DNA from: Candidatus Kapaibacterium sp.
GTDB lineage: Bacteria > Bacteroidota > Ignavibacteria > Palsa-1295
Reading direction: 5' to 3'
DNA length: 64,000 bases
Assembly: GCA_035686785.1 (NCBI GenBank)
Contig: DASRZC010000029.1
Span: forward strand, 43 to 64,042
Part shown: piece after piece, positions 28,203 to 37,195 of the stretch
Numbering within the stretch: position 1 is the first letter of the stretch
Layout: each line of letters begins with the position of its first letter
The notes under the pieces: generated by a model
The model's input: only the letters and a program-made list of their open reading frames with translations
What the model was told of the DNA's origin: nothing
Database searches by the model: none
Program-made: the position numbers and the translations under genes

Positions 28203-29171
28203 TTACTGCGGACTTAAATAAATCAGCTCCTCATAATTCTTGCAATCCCCGATTTGCACGGCGAAGGAGTTCGTATTATACCCATCCTTCGAAATGGTCA
28301 CGATGTAGGTCGTATGTCCCGGCAAATTATGATCGCTATAATAGTAGCCGCCGTCCGTGGTCGTTCCGCTGGCAAAATTGTCGCTGTGGCCGTCGATGCG
28401 GATGGTCACCATCGCGCCGCTAATATTTGTATCCTGATGGAGCGAATCCCGCACATGAATGGTGAGCGAGGCAGTATCACAGGTGCTCGTCGTCGTGGTG
28501 GAAAGCAGGCTCTTCGTGAAGCCATGCGTGGCATTGCACTCCTCGTTGAATTCGATGACGCCCTGGCTATATCCGTCGTGATTGATCGTAATCCGGTAAC
28601 TGCCCATGCACAGGCCATCGAACCGCGCGCTGCCATTATCGGTGGTAATGGTACTGCGAAGCTCGGTGCCATTATAATAGATTACGACTTCGGCGCCCGA
28701 AATCCCATGGCTGGTTAAGGAATCGGTGACCGTAAGCTCCACCACGCCGCCGCAGCAGGAATCGCCGCGGTTCGTGGTTTCAGCAACCATCGTATGATGC
28801 ACCTCCCGCGTGGCATTGCAGCCAAGGCTATCGAGCGCGAATTCGGTCGAATGATAGCCATCCTTCGACAGTGCGAAATGGTAGTGTCCGGGGCAGAGGC
28901 CATCCCACACCGTGCCATTGACGTTCATCGGCTTCGTGGAGACAAGTTGATCGTCCTCATAAAGGCTGGCGCTGCCGCCATCGAGCGCGTGGCCCGTCGC
29001 CGAATCATACACCGTGAGCGTGATGCGGCCGTGGCAGCAGCTCGAGGTATCGGTAGCGATGGTCGTATCCGTCGGACCGGTCGGGGAGGTATGCCGGCAG
29101 GAGGAGGTAATGAGCGAAGCCGAAAGCAGGCCGAGGATGCCTAAAACGATCGAAAAACGAATGTATTTCAT
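28203..29171 (-). CDS. Cys-rich lipoprotein with three internal ~95-aa repeats (carboxypeptidase-regulatory-like / Ig-like beta-sandwich)
   Basis: The signal plus lipobox is …[11 protein letters not shown]. There are three repeats, each with a CCxG…GxxxDGG…GLCxGxY…DGY pattern ([19 protein letters not shown]…; [19 protein letters not shown]…; the third is degenerate). Confidence 0.55.
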   Translation of the reverse strand: MKYIRFSIVLGILGLLSASLITSSCRHTSPTGPTDTTIATDTSSCCHGRITLTVYDSATGHALDGGSASLYEDDQLVSTKPMNVNGTVWDGLCPGHYHFALSKDGYHSTEFALDSLGCNATREVHHTMVAETTNRGDSCCGGVVELTVTDSLTSHGISGAEVVIYYNGTELRSTITTDNGSARFDGLCMGSYRITINHDGYSQGVIEFNEECNATHGFTKSLLSTTTTSTCDTASLTIHVRDSLHQDTNISGAMVTIRIDGHSDNFASGTTTDGGYYYSDHNLPGHTTYIVTISKDGYNTNSFAVQIGDCKNYEELIYLSPQ

Positions 29172-29557
29172 GGAAGTTTAAGATAAGCAAAATTGCGTTA
29201 CGGAATCTTAACACCACGTTTAGGTAATAGTCACATCCTTTTCAATGACCTGCTCCCGAATAGGATGCTATATTCCTTTGACAACAGGTGCTCGATTTTG
29301 TTTTTTGAATTGTCATCTAATGAATGACATTGGAATGTGCTTTTCCATAAAAAAAAATATTCCCAAAGATCGCGCGAACACATTTATTTTTCATGAATGG
29401 GCGTTCTCTTGCGTCAAATTCGCCAATTTCTATTTCCGTTTTCAATGAGCAATGAAGATGCCTTCCAAAGACAAGTGGTGCCTATTAAAGTCCCATCTAA
29501 TATAAGCACTACAAATGCAAAAGTCAAGAGATTTCCTAAAATATCTCAAAAATAACC

Positions 29558-29791
29558 TTAGGAAACCTGCCGGTATGCCTCCGGCTCCAGAAGCAAGCCC
29601 GGCTTCACGCCAAGTGCTTTGGCGATTTTGGCGAGAGATACTATAGAGATAGTCTTTTCGGCGCGTTCAATATAACCAATGTACGACCTTGCTACATCAG
29701 CATCAAAAGCGAGTGCTTCTTGAGTGAGACCACGTTTTTGACGAAGAAATTTTATGTTATCCGCTGCCACCTTCTTAATATCCACATGCAA
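29558..29791 (-). CDS. XRE-family helix-turn-helix transcriptional regulator
   Basis: 77 aa. LRQKRGLTQEALAFDADVARSYIGYIERAEKTISIVSLAKIAKALGV is a canonical HTH_3 domain. Confidence 0.8.
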   Translation of the reverse strand: MHVDIKKVAADNIKFLRQKRGLTQEALAFDADVARSYIGYIERAEKTISIVSLAKIAKALGVKPGLLLEPEAYRQVS

Positions 29792-29809
29792 GTTTAAGAG
29801 AAAAAGAAG

Positions 29810-29930
29810 CTTTTTACAACCTCTGTAGAGGTTTTGTCGTATCTTTGTATTCCGGCCCAGGGAAAAATCTTGGGGTGGGGTGTACCTTTTTAGATATTCC
29901 GAGGTTCTTAATAATGAGAAACCTCTAATT
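29810..29930. promoter_or_regulatory. divergent promoter region with two palindromes sharing GAGGTT/AACCTC half-sites (acaacctctgtagaggttttgt; gaggttcttaataatgagaaacctc) and an AAGGAGA Shine-Dalgarno before the giant gene
   Basis: Read directly between the XRE start (29791) and the 29947 ATG. Confidence 0.5.
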
Positions 29931-29946
29931 AATAAGGAGAAAAACG

Positions 29947-32900
29947 ATGAGCTCTTTCCGTACCCTTTCGCGCGCGCTCTTCGCGTGCGCTTGCATTTTT
30001 AGTCTCGCGACGGGTCTTCGCGCTCAGACCTACACGCCGGTGCCATATAATTTTCCGGCAGCCCCGGATTCAGTTGTGCCGTCGAGCTACTCCGATGGTC
30101 CCAGACCGTATAATGAGACGGTTGAGGCCATGGCCGCCAACGGTTATGGGTTATGGCTGTCGGGTACAGACGCCGCATCGGGGACGCCCGTGTGGAAGTT
30201 ATCGGGTAATGGGCTTGGAAAGGAACAGACCCTGAATAACCCGGTAATGCCGAATGGAATAATCGCCAGCGGGAGCGATTATCATGGAGACAGCGGTACT
30301 TGCGGCGCATCTGATACGAAAGTCGCACGTAATCTTCTGGGAAGCGTCCGGTATGTTACCCTCAATAGCACCTACGATGGCTTCATCGTTTCCGGCTTCA
30401 ATGACGCGCGGGTGGGCGGGCCGGTGGCATCCCATAATATTTCCGTCGCGATTCCCTATAATAACGGGAACGATAATCTCCTCAACGATACCTCGATTCG
30501 AAAAGTGATAACCGGCCCGGAGTATGTGTATCCGCTTGTGAGCACTCAGGTAACCGGGGAGCCAGGGTACCCTGTGCAGATGGAGCCGGTTAATGACGAA
30601 AGGTGTCCCGTTCCGCTAGATTGGGACATTGCCATGGATGGCCATTATCTTTACATCGTATGGTACCACTTCGAGTATCCCGATTCGTGTTGGACCGGTG
30701 AGGAGATTTTTCTTACCTGCGTGAACCTCTCGGATGGCAGCGTGCCATTGGGATATCCAGTAAAACTGCACACCCGCAATTGCGGTGTTCCCGGTGGTGA
30801 TGGCATGACCCAGCCTACCGTTGCCTGTGACGTGCGAGTAAATACACTCCCCTCCAACGGTATCTTTTACCCCACATGCGAGGTCGCCTATATCGATGAC
30901 TTCGGGAGTGTGCATCATCTCACGGTGAATGGCGGCGGAATCGTCGTTAACGAGTACATTCCATCCTATGTGATGATACCGACAGACTCTACCGATTACT
31001 ATCCCTATCATTATAGGTTGGTAGATTTAGCTCCGGCTGTTCGCGCCCGTATTATGGTCGCATCTTCCAGGAACGATTCAGGGGCGTGGGAACCGGGGGG
31101 AACCGGAATGCAAAAGGACGTCATCGGCTATTATGTCATCGCCAATACCCAAACCAGTTTATATTTTTTCGAAGAGGTGAATGGCACCTTTCCTATAATG
31201 GGTGATTCTACGTATGGTTGGTTTGTCGATGGCCCCATCAACAGCCCTTCCATTCCAGAGGAGGCTTTTCCGATTCGCGGACGCAGCCAAACGGTCACTT
31301 ACGGACCTAGCACTCAGATTACGGCCTTCGCAAACCCTTACGATGGCCAGAACACTGGCGATTATGATGAATTTCATTGTGTCTATCAAATCACAAGCGG
31401 CTCAAATGAGGGGCTAATGATCGCGCGAGGGGCCGACAACGGCGTGGCGTGGCCAACCTCACCCATTCCCTATCAGAAGGACACACGAACGGTAATTAAT
31501 CAGGCAAACAATACATTACCCCTCTTGCCGCATAATTCTGATGATTATTGCGCGGCGGTAAACCAGGCCGGAATACATATTCGCTGGGGTGGCGGAAGTA
31601 ACGAATATTATTCGCGGGATCGCCGCTCCTATGACGAACCCATCGAGGAACCCACGATCATGACCTACGATAACTATGTTGCCGATGGCAGAGGGCATAA
31701 TGGAACTTTAGGCGCGCAAACCCAGCCGGGGAAAAACGTGCTGATGTGGACGGACCCCATACTTTTTAGCTCCGCGCCCACCGCCGCGAACCATGCATGG
31801 CTCTATTTTGGGAACGCGGGAACGGATTCGAACGCTATCGCGGCCGGATTAACCATTGGAACGACTACGGCTACGGACACACTCGCAAAACTCATCGTAT
31901 TTCCGAGTTCCGGAGGCACCTTCCAGTCTCCGCCAATTGACAGCAATAGGAACTTTATACAAATCGGCCTGAGCGGTTCCTGCGATTTTTACGGAGGTAA
32001 CTTTACCGCCGGCGGCGACTTCAAACTCGATTCCTCGACGCTGAACATCATGCCGGGCTGTAATTTCGCAATGACCAACCAGGATACTACCGGTTTCCCG
32101 CAACTCATTTCGAGCTATGGCACCATCGTTTCGGAGAATGGAATAGGGCTTGACCATAACCCACAGGATAATGGCTCCATCACTATCGATGGAGCTATTT
32201 CATGGAACCGTACCTCGCTCTCATGCAGTGCGGTACCCGTTACGGGCTTGCTCGATCTCTTAACGCTAAATGGAGAAACCAAATGTCCCTTTGCAAGCAG
32301 TGTGGACTCTTCTTCCATCACCAATAACGCAATCAACGGCCAGGCATTGATCTATCTGCACGATCCGCTCGATGAAGTGGATATCGAAAATTCTTCGATA
32401 AACAAAATAGGTCTGTATGGATATTGGAAGCTTCACACTACAAGCCCGATTCCCTCCCGACCGCTTTTTGTAGAAAGTTGCACGTTCGATTCCATCCCAA
32501 TGGCAGTGATGACCCCGGCGGCGATTCATCTGGTCCGGGATGTTTCCACCCCAGATACCGTCGTCGACTATAACTTTGTCCTCGATGACAATAACTTCAA
32601 GCATTTCACCACAGACAGTTCCGATGGAATTCTTCTCGAAGATTTTCTCCCGAATATCCCCGGCGATCTCGGCAGGTATGGAACCCCGATCGACATTTCC
32701 GGGAATAATTTTACGACCGCTTCCTCCTTTGGCAATACCAACAAGGTCGAAGCAGCCATTCACTTGCGAAATACAAGCGCCGTCCTTGCTAATGACACCA
32801 TCAACGGCGAGCGAACCGATGGAACTTCGACCTATGCCTATGGCATTTTGCTCGATCCTTCGGCAAGGCTCGATGGTGGACCCTCTAATTCCAAAATCGC

Positions 32901-34494
32901 CAATACTCTTATATGCTCCAACGTCATCAGCCATGTTGGATATGGACCTGTTACATCAGGCGGGGTGACGACCGAAACCGGCGCCGGAATCGCAACGAGC
33001 TACTGGACGGGCTACGAGAAGATGAATGATATTTCTCATTCGGCTCAGGGAAGTATCTTCGGTATTAATGATAAAGGTGCGTATCTCGTGGACAGTATCC
33101 ATGATAATCAAGGCCCTGGAATAAATAATAATGCGGATTTCTTAAACGGTGTGATTTATGGGATTGAAATGCGCGGACTCATTCATCCCGATCATTCGGG
33201 TGACATGGCAGGCTATAACGTGGTTAAGAATAATAATCTCGATCGCACGGATTCTTCCGGCGAAGTCGTTGCATCGAAAGGCGTAACCTTCAATATCGGG
33301 AATGAAAAGGGAACCGGTTCGACAAGCGTAGTATATGGAATGAACTCCTTCGTTGATAATGGCAGCACCGACCGTCTTTTCTGGTGTACCAACTCGACCA
33401 ATGTCTTCGATTGGGCACATATCGGGCTCGGCAATGGTGGTGCGCTAAATAATAACTACTATCAGGTTGGTGGATCACCATATGCTCCGTCCAGCTACTC
33501 GACCTCATCCACCAGTGAGAGTCCGGAGTTCGAGGGTATTTATTATGATAACACTGCCGATACCACTACTCCATCGTTCCTCGGTTCTGTTCCAGCGAAT
33601 CCCGGCATCGCCTGCTATGGTAGCCGGGATATCACGAAAAAGGGTGGCAATCAACCTACAGACCTATCAGCCGATACTGCTTCGGTCGCTGAATGTTCGT
33701 ATATGGATAATGAGGATGGTATTTTAGAAAGGGCCGGTGACTACGAGCAAGCATATGATACCGCGAAGGCTTATCTTACATTGTGCTACAACTTGCCGGA
33801 TGCTTGGGGGATGTTTTCGGGTGCCACTGACGACGCAGGTCGCCTACTCATCTTCAATGAATATCGAGAATGGCTGAAATCGGTTCTCTATCTCCGAACG
33901 GATTCCATGTGGTATTGTGCCGATGTTTACGCGATGTTAAGTACCTTTGATGATTATCCCGGCCATGGAGTTTATGGTGCCGGCGATGTAGCAATTGAAC
34001 GATACATTCTTGAACATCAGAGATGCAGTTCCGAATGGAATGCAAAGTTTGCGCAAGACCTCGCCAGCTGGCCTAATGCAATGTATAACGTTTGGCGAGA
34101 TACCGTTCAGGATAGCTTTACGGAGCCTTATCCCGACACGACAGTTCCCTCGATCGACGATATTGGGCTTTCAATCCTTCGCGGGATGCCAGCGAGTGTT
34201 GCGCCTTCGCCTCTTCCTGCGGGAGACGTCCACATTAATGGGCTGTATGCAACGGAGAACCCATTCACGAATACAACGGCAATAAAGTTCACCCTCGCCG
34301 ACTATGGCCTCGTCACGTTCCAGCTATTCGATGTCTTAGGCCATGCGGTAACCACGAATGGCATCGGGCAAGTGCTTTATCCTGGCGAGCATGAGTTCGA
34401 TATTGATGGCTCGAAGCTTCCGAATGGGAATTATATTGCTCGCGTTGCTTTCCATAACGGGGATGTGGAGAGCATAATAGTGGAGAGAAAGTGA
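29947..34494 (+). CDS. 1515-aa secreted right-handed beta-helix (pectin-lyase-fold-like) protein with C-terminal Cys-containing module and T9SS C-terminal sorting domain
   Basis: The signal peptide is MSSFRTLSRALFACACIFSLATGLRAQ. There are long Asn/Gly/Thr-rich beta-helical repeats. The final ~80 aa (…NPFTNTTAIKFTLADYGLVTFQLFDVLGHAVTT…GNYIARVAFHNGDVESIIVERK) is a T9SS CTD. Confidence 0.7.
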   Translation: MSSFRTLSRALFACACIFSLATGLRAQTYTPVPYNFPAAPDSVVPSSYSDGPRPYNETVEAMAANGYGLWLSGTDAASGTPVWKLSGNGLGKEQTLNNPVMPNGIIASGSDYHGDSGTCGASDTKVARNLLGSVRYVTLNSTYDGFIVSGFNDARVGGPVASHNISVAIPYNNGNDNLLNDTSIRKVITGPEYVYPLVSTQVTGEPGYPVQMEPVNDERCPVPLDWDIAMDGHYLYIVWYHFEYPDSCWTGEEIFLTCVNLSDGSVPLGYPVKLHTRNCGVPGGDGMTQPTVACDVRVNTLPSNGIFYPTCEVAYIDDFGSVHHLTVNGGGIVVNEYIPSYVMIPTDSTDYYPYHYRLVDLAPAVRARIMVASSRNDSGAWEPGGTGMQKDVIGYYVIANTQTSLYFFEEVNGTFPIMGDSTYGWFVDGPINSPSIPEEAFPIRGRSQTVTYGPSTQITAFANPYDGQNTGDYDEFHCVYQITSGSNEGLMIARGADNGVAWPTSPIPYQKDTRTVINQANNTLPLLPHNSDDYCAAVNQAGIHIRWGGGSNEYYSRDRRSYDEPIEEPTIMTYDNYVADGRGHNGTLGAQTQPGKNVLMWTDPILFSSAPTAANHAWLYFGNAGTDSNAIAAGLTIGTTTATDTLAKLIVFPSSGGTFQSPPIDSNRNFIQIGLSGSCDFYGGNFTAGGDFKLDSSTLNIMPGCNFAMTNQDTTGFPQLISSYGTIVSENGIGLDHNPQDNGSITIDGAISWNRTSLSCSAVPVTGLLDLLTLNGETKCPFASSVDSSSITNNAINGQALIYLHDPLDEVDIENSSINKIGLYGYWKLHTTSPIPSRPLFVESCTFDSIPMAVMTPAAIHLVRDVSTPDTVVDYNFVLDDNNFKHFTTDSSDGILLEDFLPNIPGDLGRYGTPIDISGNNFTTASSFGNTNKVEAAIHLRNTSAVLANDTINGERTDGTSTYAYGILLDPSARLDGGPSNSKIANTLICSNVISHVGYGPVTSGGVTTETGAGIATSYWTGYEKMNDISHSAQGSIFGINDKGAYLVDSIHDNQGPGINNNADFLNGVIYGIEMRGLIHPDHSGDMAGYNVVKNNNLDRTDSSGEVVASKGVTFNIGNEKGTGSTSVVYGMNSFVDNGSTDRLFWCTNSTNVFDWAHIGLGNGGALNNNYYQVGGSPYAPSSYSTSSTSESPEFEGIYYDNTADTTTPSFLGSVPANPGIACYGSRDITKKGGNQPTDLSADTASVAECSYMDNEDGILERAGDYEQAYDTAKAYLTLCYNLPDAWGMFSGATDDAGRLLIFNEYREWLKSVLYLRTDSMWYCADVYAMLSTFDDYPGHGVYGAGDVAIERYILEHQRCSSEWNAKFAQDLASWPNAMYNVWRDTVQDSFTEPYPDTTVPSIDDIGLSILRGMPASVAPSPLPAGDVHINGLYATENPFTNTTAIKFTLADYGLVTFQLFDVLGHAVTTNGIGQVLYPGEHEFDIDGSKLPNGNYIARVAFHNGDVESIIVERK

Positions 34495-35504
34495 TGATGA
34501 AATGCATCATCTATTTGGTAGCAGCGCTCGTCGTTTCGATGAGCGCTACATCCGCGCATGCTCAGTTTTTGGGAACCCCTACGGTCCTTGGCTCCATTCC
34601 TTCGCCGCCTTTTATAACCTGCTACGGGAGCCGCGAAAGTACGAAGAAGAAAGGCGAAAAACCAACTGCTGACACAGCCGATACGGCTACGACCGACCAA
34701 TGTAATGCCATCGACAATGCTCAGGGCATATTACGAAGTGCTGGTGCTTACAGAGCAGCTTATGATACCGCGAAGGCATATCTTACATTATGCTATAACC
34801 AACGCGAGGCGATACCAATGTTTAATAATGCCACGGGTGACGCAAATGCCTTATTCATCCCCAATGAATACAGGGAATGGCTGAAATCGGTGCTCTATCT
34901 TCGAATGGATTCCGATTGGTATTGCGCCGACGTCTTCGCGATTTTGAGTACCTTTAGTGATTATCCTGGTCATGGAATTTATGATGCCGCTGACGTAGCA
35001 GTTGTGAGATACATTATAGAACATCAGAGGTGCAACTCCGAGTGGACTGCAATGATGGCGGGAATTCTCAAGAATTGGCCAAGCGCAATGTATAACGTTT
35101 GGAGGGATACGGTTAAAGATAGTTCCATCGAGCCATATCCCGATACGACCGTTCCCTCAATCGACGATATTGGTCTTTCGATTCTTCGCGGGCCGCAGGC
35201 GGGGGTGGTTAGTCCCATGCCAATCGAGCCGGGAGAAGTCCACATTTCCGGGCTGTATGCAACCGAAAATCCGTTCACGCAATCGACGGCGATAAAGTTC
35301 ACGCTTGCTGATTATGGCCTCGTCACGTTCCAGCTATTCGATGTGCTGGGCCACGCGGTTACCACGAACGGCATCGGGCAAGTGCTTTATCCCGGCGAGC
35401 ATGAATTCGATATCGATGGCTCGAAGCTTCCGCCTGGTAATTATATCGCCCGGGTTGCCTTCCATAATGGGGATGTGGAAAGCATTATGGTGGTGAAAAA
35501 GTAA
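34491..35504 (+). CDS. 337-aa secreted paralog of the C-terminal module of the preceding giant protein, with its own signal peptide and T9SS CTD
   Basis: It aligns to giant-protein residues ~1195-1515, about 80% identical over the last 200 aa. The last ~230 nt are ~88% identical at DNA level. The start overlaps the upstream stop (ATGA). Confidence 0.7.
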   Translation: MMMKCIIYLVAALVVSMSATSAHAQFLGTPTVLGSIPSPPFITCYGSRESTKKKGEKPTADTADTATTDQCNAIDNAQGILRSAGAYRAAYDTAKAYLTLCYNQREAIPMFNNATGDANALFIPNEYREWLKSVLYLRMDSDWYCADVFAILSTFSDYPGHGIYDAADVAVVRYIIEHQRCNSEWTAMMAGILKNWPSAMYNVWRDTVKDSSIEPYPDTTVPSIDDIGLSILRGPQAGVVSPMPIEPGEVHISGLYATENPFTQSTAIKFTLADYGLVTFQLFDVLGHAVTTNGIGQVLYPGEHEFDIDGSKLPPGNYIARVAFHNGDVESIMVVKK

Positions 35505-35524
35505 TCTCAGGCGCAAGAACGTTT

Positions 35525-35560
35525 AAAGCCCCTCCCCGTTCGGAGGGGCCTTTTATTTCG
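35525..35560 (+). terminator. rho-independent terminator (aaagcccctccccgttcggaggggcctttt + atttc)
   Basis: A GC-rich 11-bp stem with a GTTC loop and T-run, 20 bp after the paralog stop. Confidence 0.75.
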
Positions 35561-35661
35561 GTAAGATTAATTTGGGTAATTCCCGGCGCGGATTTTGCTA
35601 CACCCTCTACTTCTTTCCTCGGGTCACGCCCGGATTAATTCATAACTTTAGAAACTGAACT

Positions 35662-36360
35662 ATGCAGACACTTCCATCCTTGTTGCCGCTCGCTCATCCG
35701 AATCGCATGACCCATCATGCACGGCGTGAGCAATACCTCATGCTAATCGCCATTCTTGGCACGCTCTGGCTCGTGCTTACGCTCGTGGGCTGTGCAAAGA
35801 ATACCCAGACGGGCAATCCCGCGGAATCGACCGCCGTGGCAACGCCCCCGCCCCCAGCGCCGGCCGCGGTCGCCGCGCCGGTTACGGATACCACGATCCT
35901 CGCTGCTCTGGAGGAAGGCGATTCGGCGGAGATCGCGATGGGCAAGCTCGCGCTCCAAAAATCAAAGAACCCGGAGGTGAAAGGGTTTGCCAACATGATG
36001 ATTTCCGATCACAGCAAGATGTGGAATGCAAAGAAGGATCTTGCGAAGAAATTGAAGATCACGCCGCAACTGCCCGCGGATGACAAGGAGCCGGCGCACC
36101 TTGCCGACGAGATGAATTCGTTCAATGCCGCGCCCACGCCGATGGCCTTCGATACCGTTTATATCGACGATGCCGTTGCGGATCATACGCAAGTCCTCGC
36201 TATTGTGAAAGATTTCGAGACCAAAGCCACGGCGCCGGAACTAAAAGGCGCGCTGAAGAACGCGGAGCCGGTCGTTCAAAAACATCTCGACCATGCTAAA
36301 ATGATTCAACGGGATCTCTCCAAACCGCGCCCCATGGCCGCTGGGAGGAAGACCAAATAG
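35662..36360 (+). CDS. DUF4142-family lipoprotein (start likely MTHHARREQYLMLIAILGTLWLVLTLVGC at ~35707)
   Basis: The lipobox LVGC is followed by a Pro/Ala linker, then …AEIAMGKLALQKSKNPEVKGFANMMISDHSKM…VLAIVKDFE…, typical of DUF4142. Confidence 0.6.
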   Translation: MQTLPSLLPLAHPNRMTHHARREQYLMLIAILGTLWLVLTLVGCAKNTQTGNPAESTAVATPPPPAPAAVAAPVTDTTILAALEEGDSAEIAMGKLALQKSKNPEVKGFANMMISDHSKMWNAKKDLAKKLKITPQLPADDKEPAHLADEMNSFNAAPTPMAFDTVYIDDAVADHTQVLAIVKDFETKATAPELKGALKNAEPVVQKHLDHAKMIQRDLSKPRPMAAGRKTK

Positions 36361-36384
36361 AACTGCTCGTTCCATTAGGAATTT

Positions 36385-36430
36385 GGAAACTCTGATTAAG
36401 TCGGAATTCCGAACTTAATCAGAAGCTTCT
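36385..36430. repeat. minimal palindrome ggaaactctgattaagtcggaattccgaacttaatcagaagcttc, equal to the outer termini of the nested MITE family with no inner element
   Basis: CTGATTAAGT…ACTTAATCAG arms are identical to the outer termini at 22.1 kb and 36.9 kb. Confidence 0.6.
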
Positions 36431-36447
36431 TTATTCGTAATAGATAG

Positions 36448-36858
36448 ATGTCCGATGAGATCGACGACTCCTTGCTCGAGGCCGCGCGCCGTGAGTTGAA
36501 CGGGCGCGCCGCCGAAGCGCGCGAATTCGAGTACGCGTGTCCCGTTTCCGAAATTCCCGAGACGGGCGGTAAAGCGATCGTGATGGAGGATGGGGAAGTC
36601 GCGCTCTTTCATTTGGGCGGCGAGATATTCGCGATCTCGAATCTGTGCCCGCACGAGATGTCCCCGCTGCTCGCCGCGGGGATGGTCGATCGCGAAGCGC
36701 GGACCGTTACCTGCCCGCTGCATGGCTGGACCTTCGAAATCCCGACGGGAACGTTCCTCGGCGTGGGGGATGATCGCTCCCAGGCAGGTGGAAGCATTCC
36801 GGCCTATGATGTGCAAGTGGACCGAGGCGAAGTATGGATTCGGCGGAAGGAGAGTTAA
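36448..36858 (+). CDS. Rieske [2Fe-2S] domain protein (NirD-like small subunit / ferredoxin)
   Basis: CPHEMSPL…17 aa…CPLHGWTF are Rieske CxH…CxxH ligands. At 136 aa, the gene is bracketed on both sides by MITE-family palindromes. Confidence 0.75.
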   Translation: MSDEIDDSLLEAARRELNGRAAEAREFEYACPVSEIPETGGKAIVMEDGEVALFHLGGEIFAISNLCPHEMSPLLAAGMVDREARTVTCPLHGWTFEIPTGTFLGVGDDRSQAGGSIPAYDVQVDRGEVWIRRKES

Positions 36859-37045
36859 GGAATCTCCGATTAAGTTGCTATTCATGTCATTGCGACGAAG
36901 CACGAATCGACCGAAGGGAGATTCGCTCGACGAAGCAATCTCTATCTTGAAGCGGGGAGATTGCTTCGTTGCGTTCGGCTCCCTTCGGTCGCCGAACGCT
37001 CCTCGCAATGATGACTTAACGGACTTAATCAGAGGTTCCTTAAGT
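36852..37045. mobile_element. nested palindromic MITE-like element (outer GAGTTAAGGAATCTCCGATTAAGTT…, inner GTCATTGCGACG…CCTCGCAATGA)
   Basis: Read directly. Its internal cgttcggctcccttcggtcgccgaacgctcctcgcaatga is identical to the copy at 51.4 kb. Confidence 0.75.
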
Positions 37046-37195
37046 GTGTGCGGAGCGGAGTTTCAGGCCGTTACGCCGGAGCCAAAAAACCTAGTACCGG
37101 TACTAGTAACGGATTCCCTAAGAAGCAGGGTAATTTTGTGGCGTTCGAAGTTGCCGGTGTAGGGATGAGCGATCATCAAAGATGAGTGATCATCG

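Noticed and set aside
29947-35504. Diversity-generating retroelement (template/variable repeat) explanation for the near-identical 3' ends of the giant gene and its paralog
   Set aside because: There is no reverse transcriptase or accessory gene nearby. The mismatches between the copies are not adenine-specific, and similarity extends over the whole 300-aa module. Tandem gene duplication is the simpler explanation.
36415-37008. 197-aa minus-strand ORF (MRGAFGDRREPNATKQS…) spanning the Rieske gene antisense and the MITE; similar SLRGAFGDRREPNATKQS peptides at 51273-51485
   Set aside because: The shared peptide is just the translation of the conserved MITE core (cgttcggctcccttcggtcgccgaacgctcctcgcaatga). 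These are not genes.
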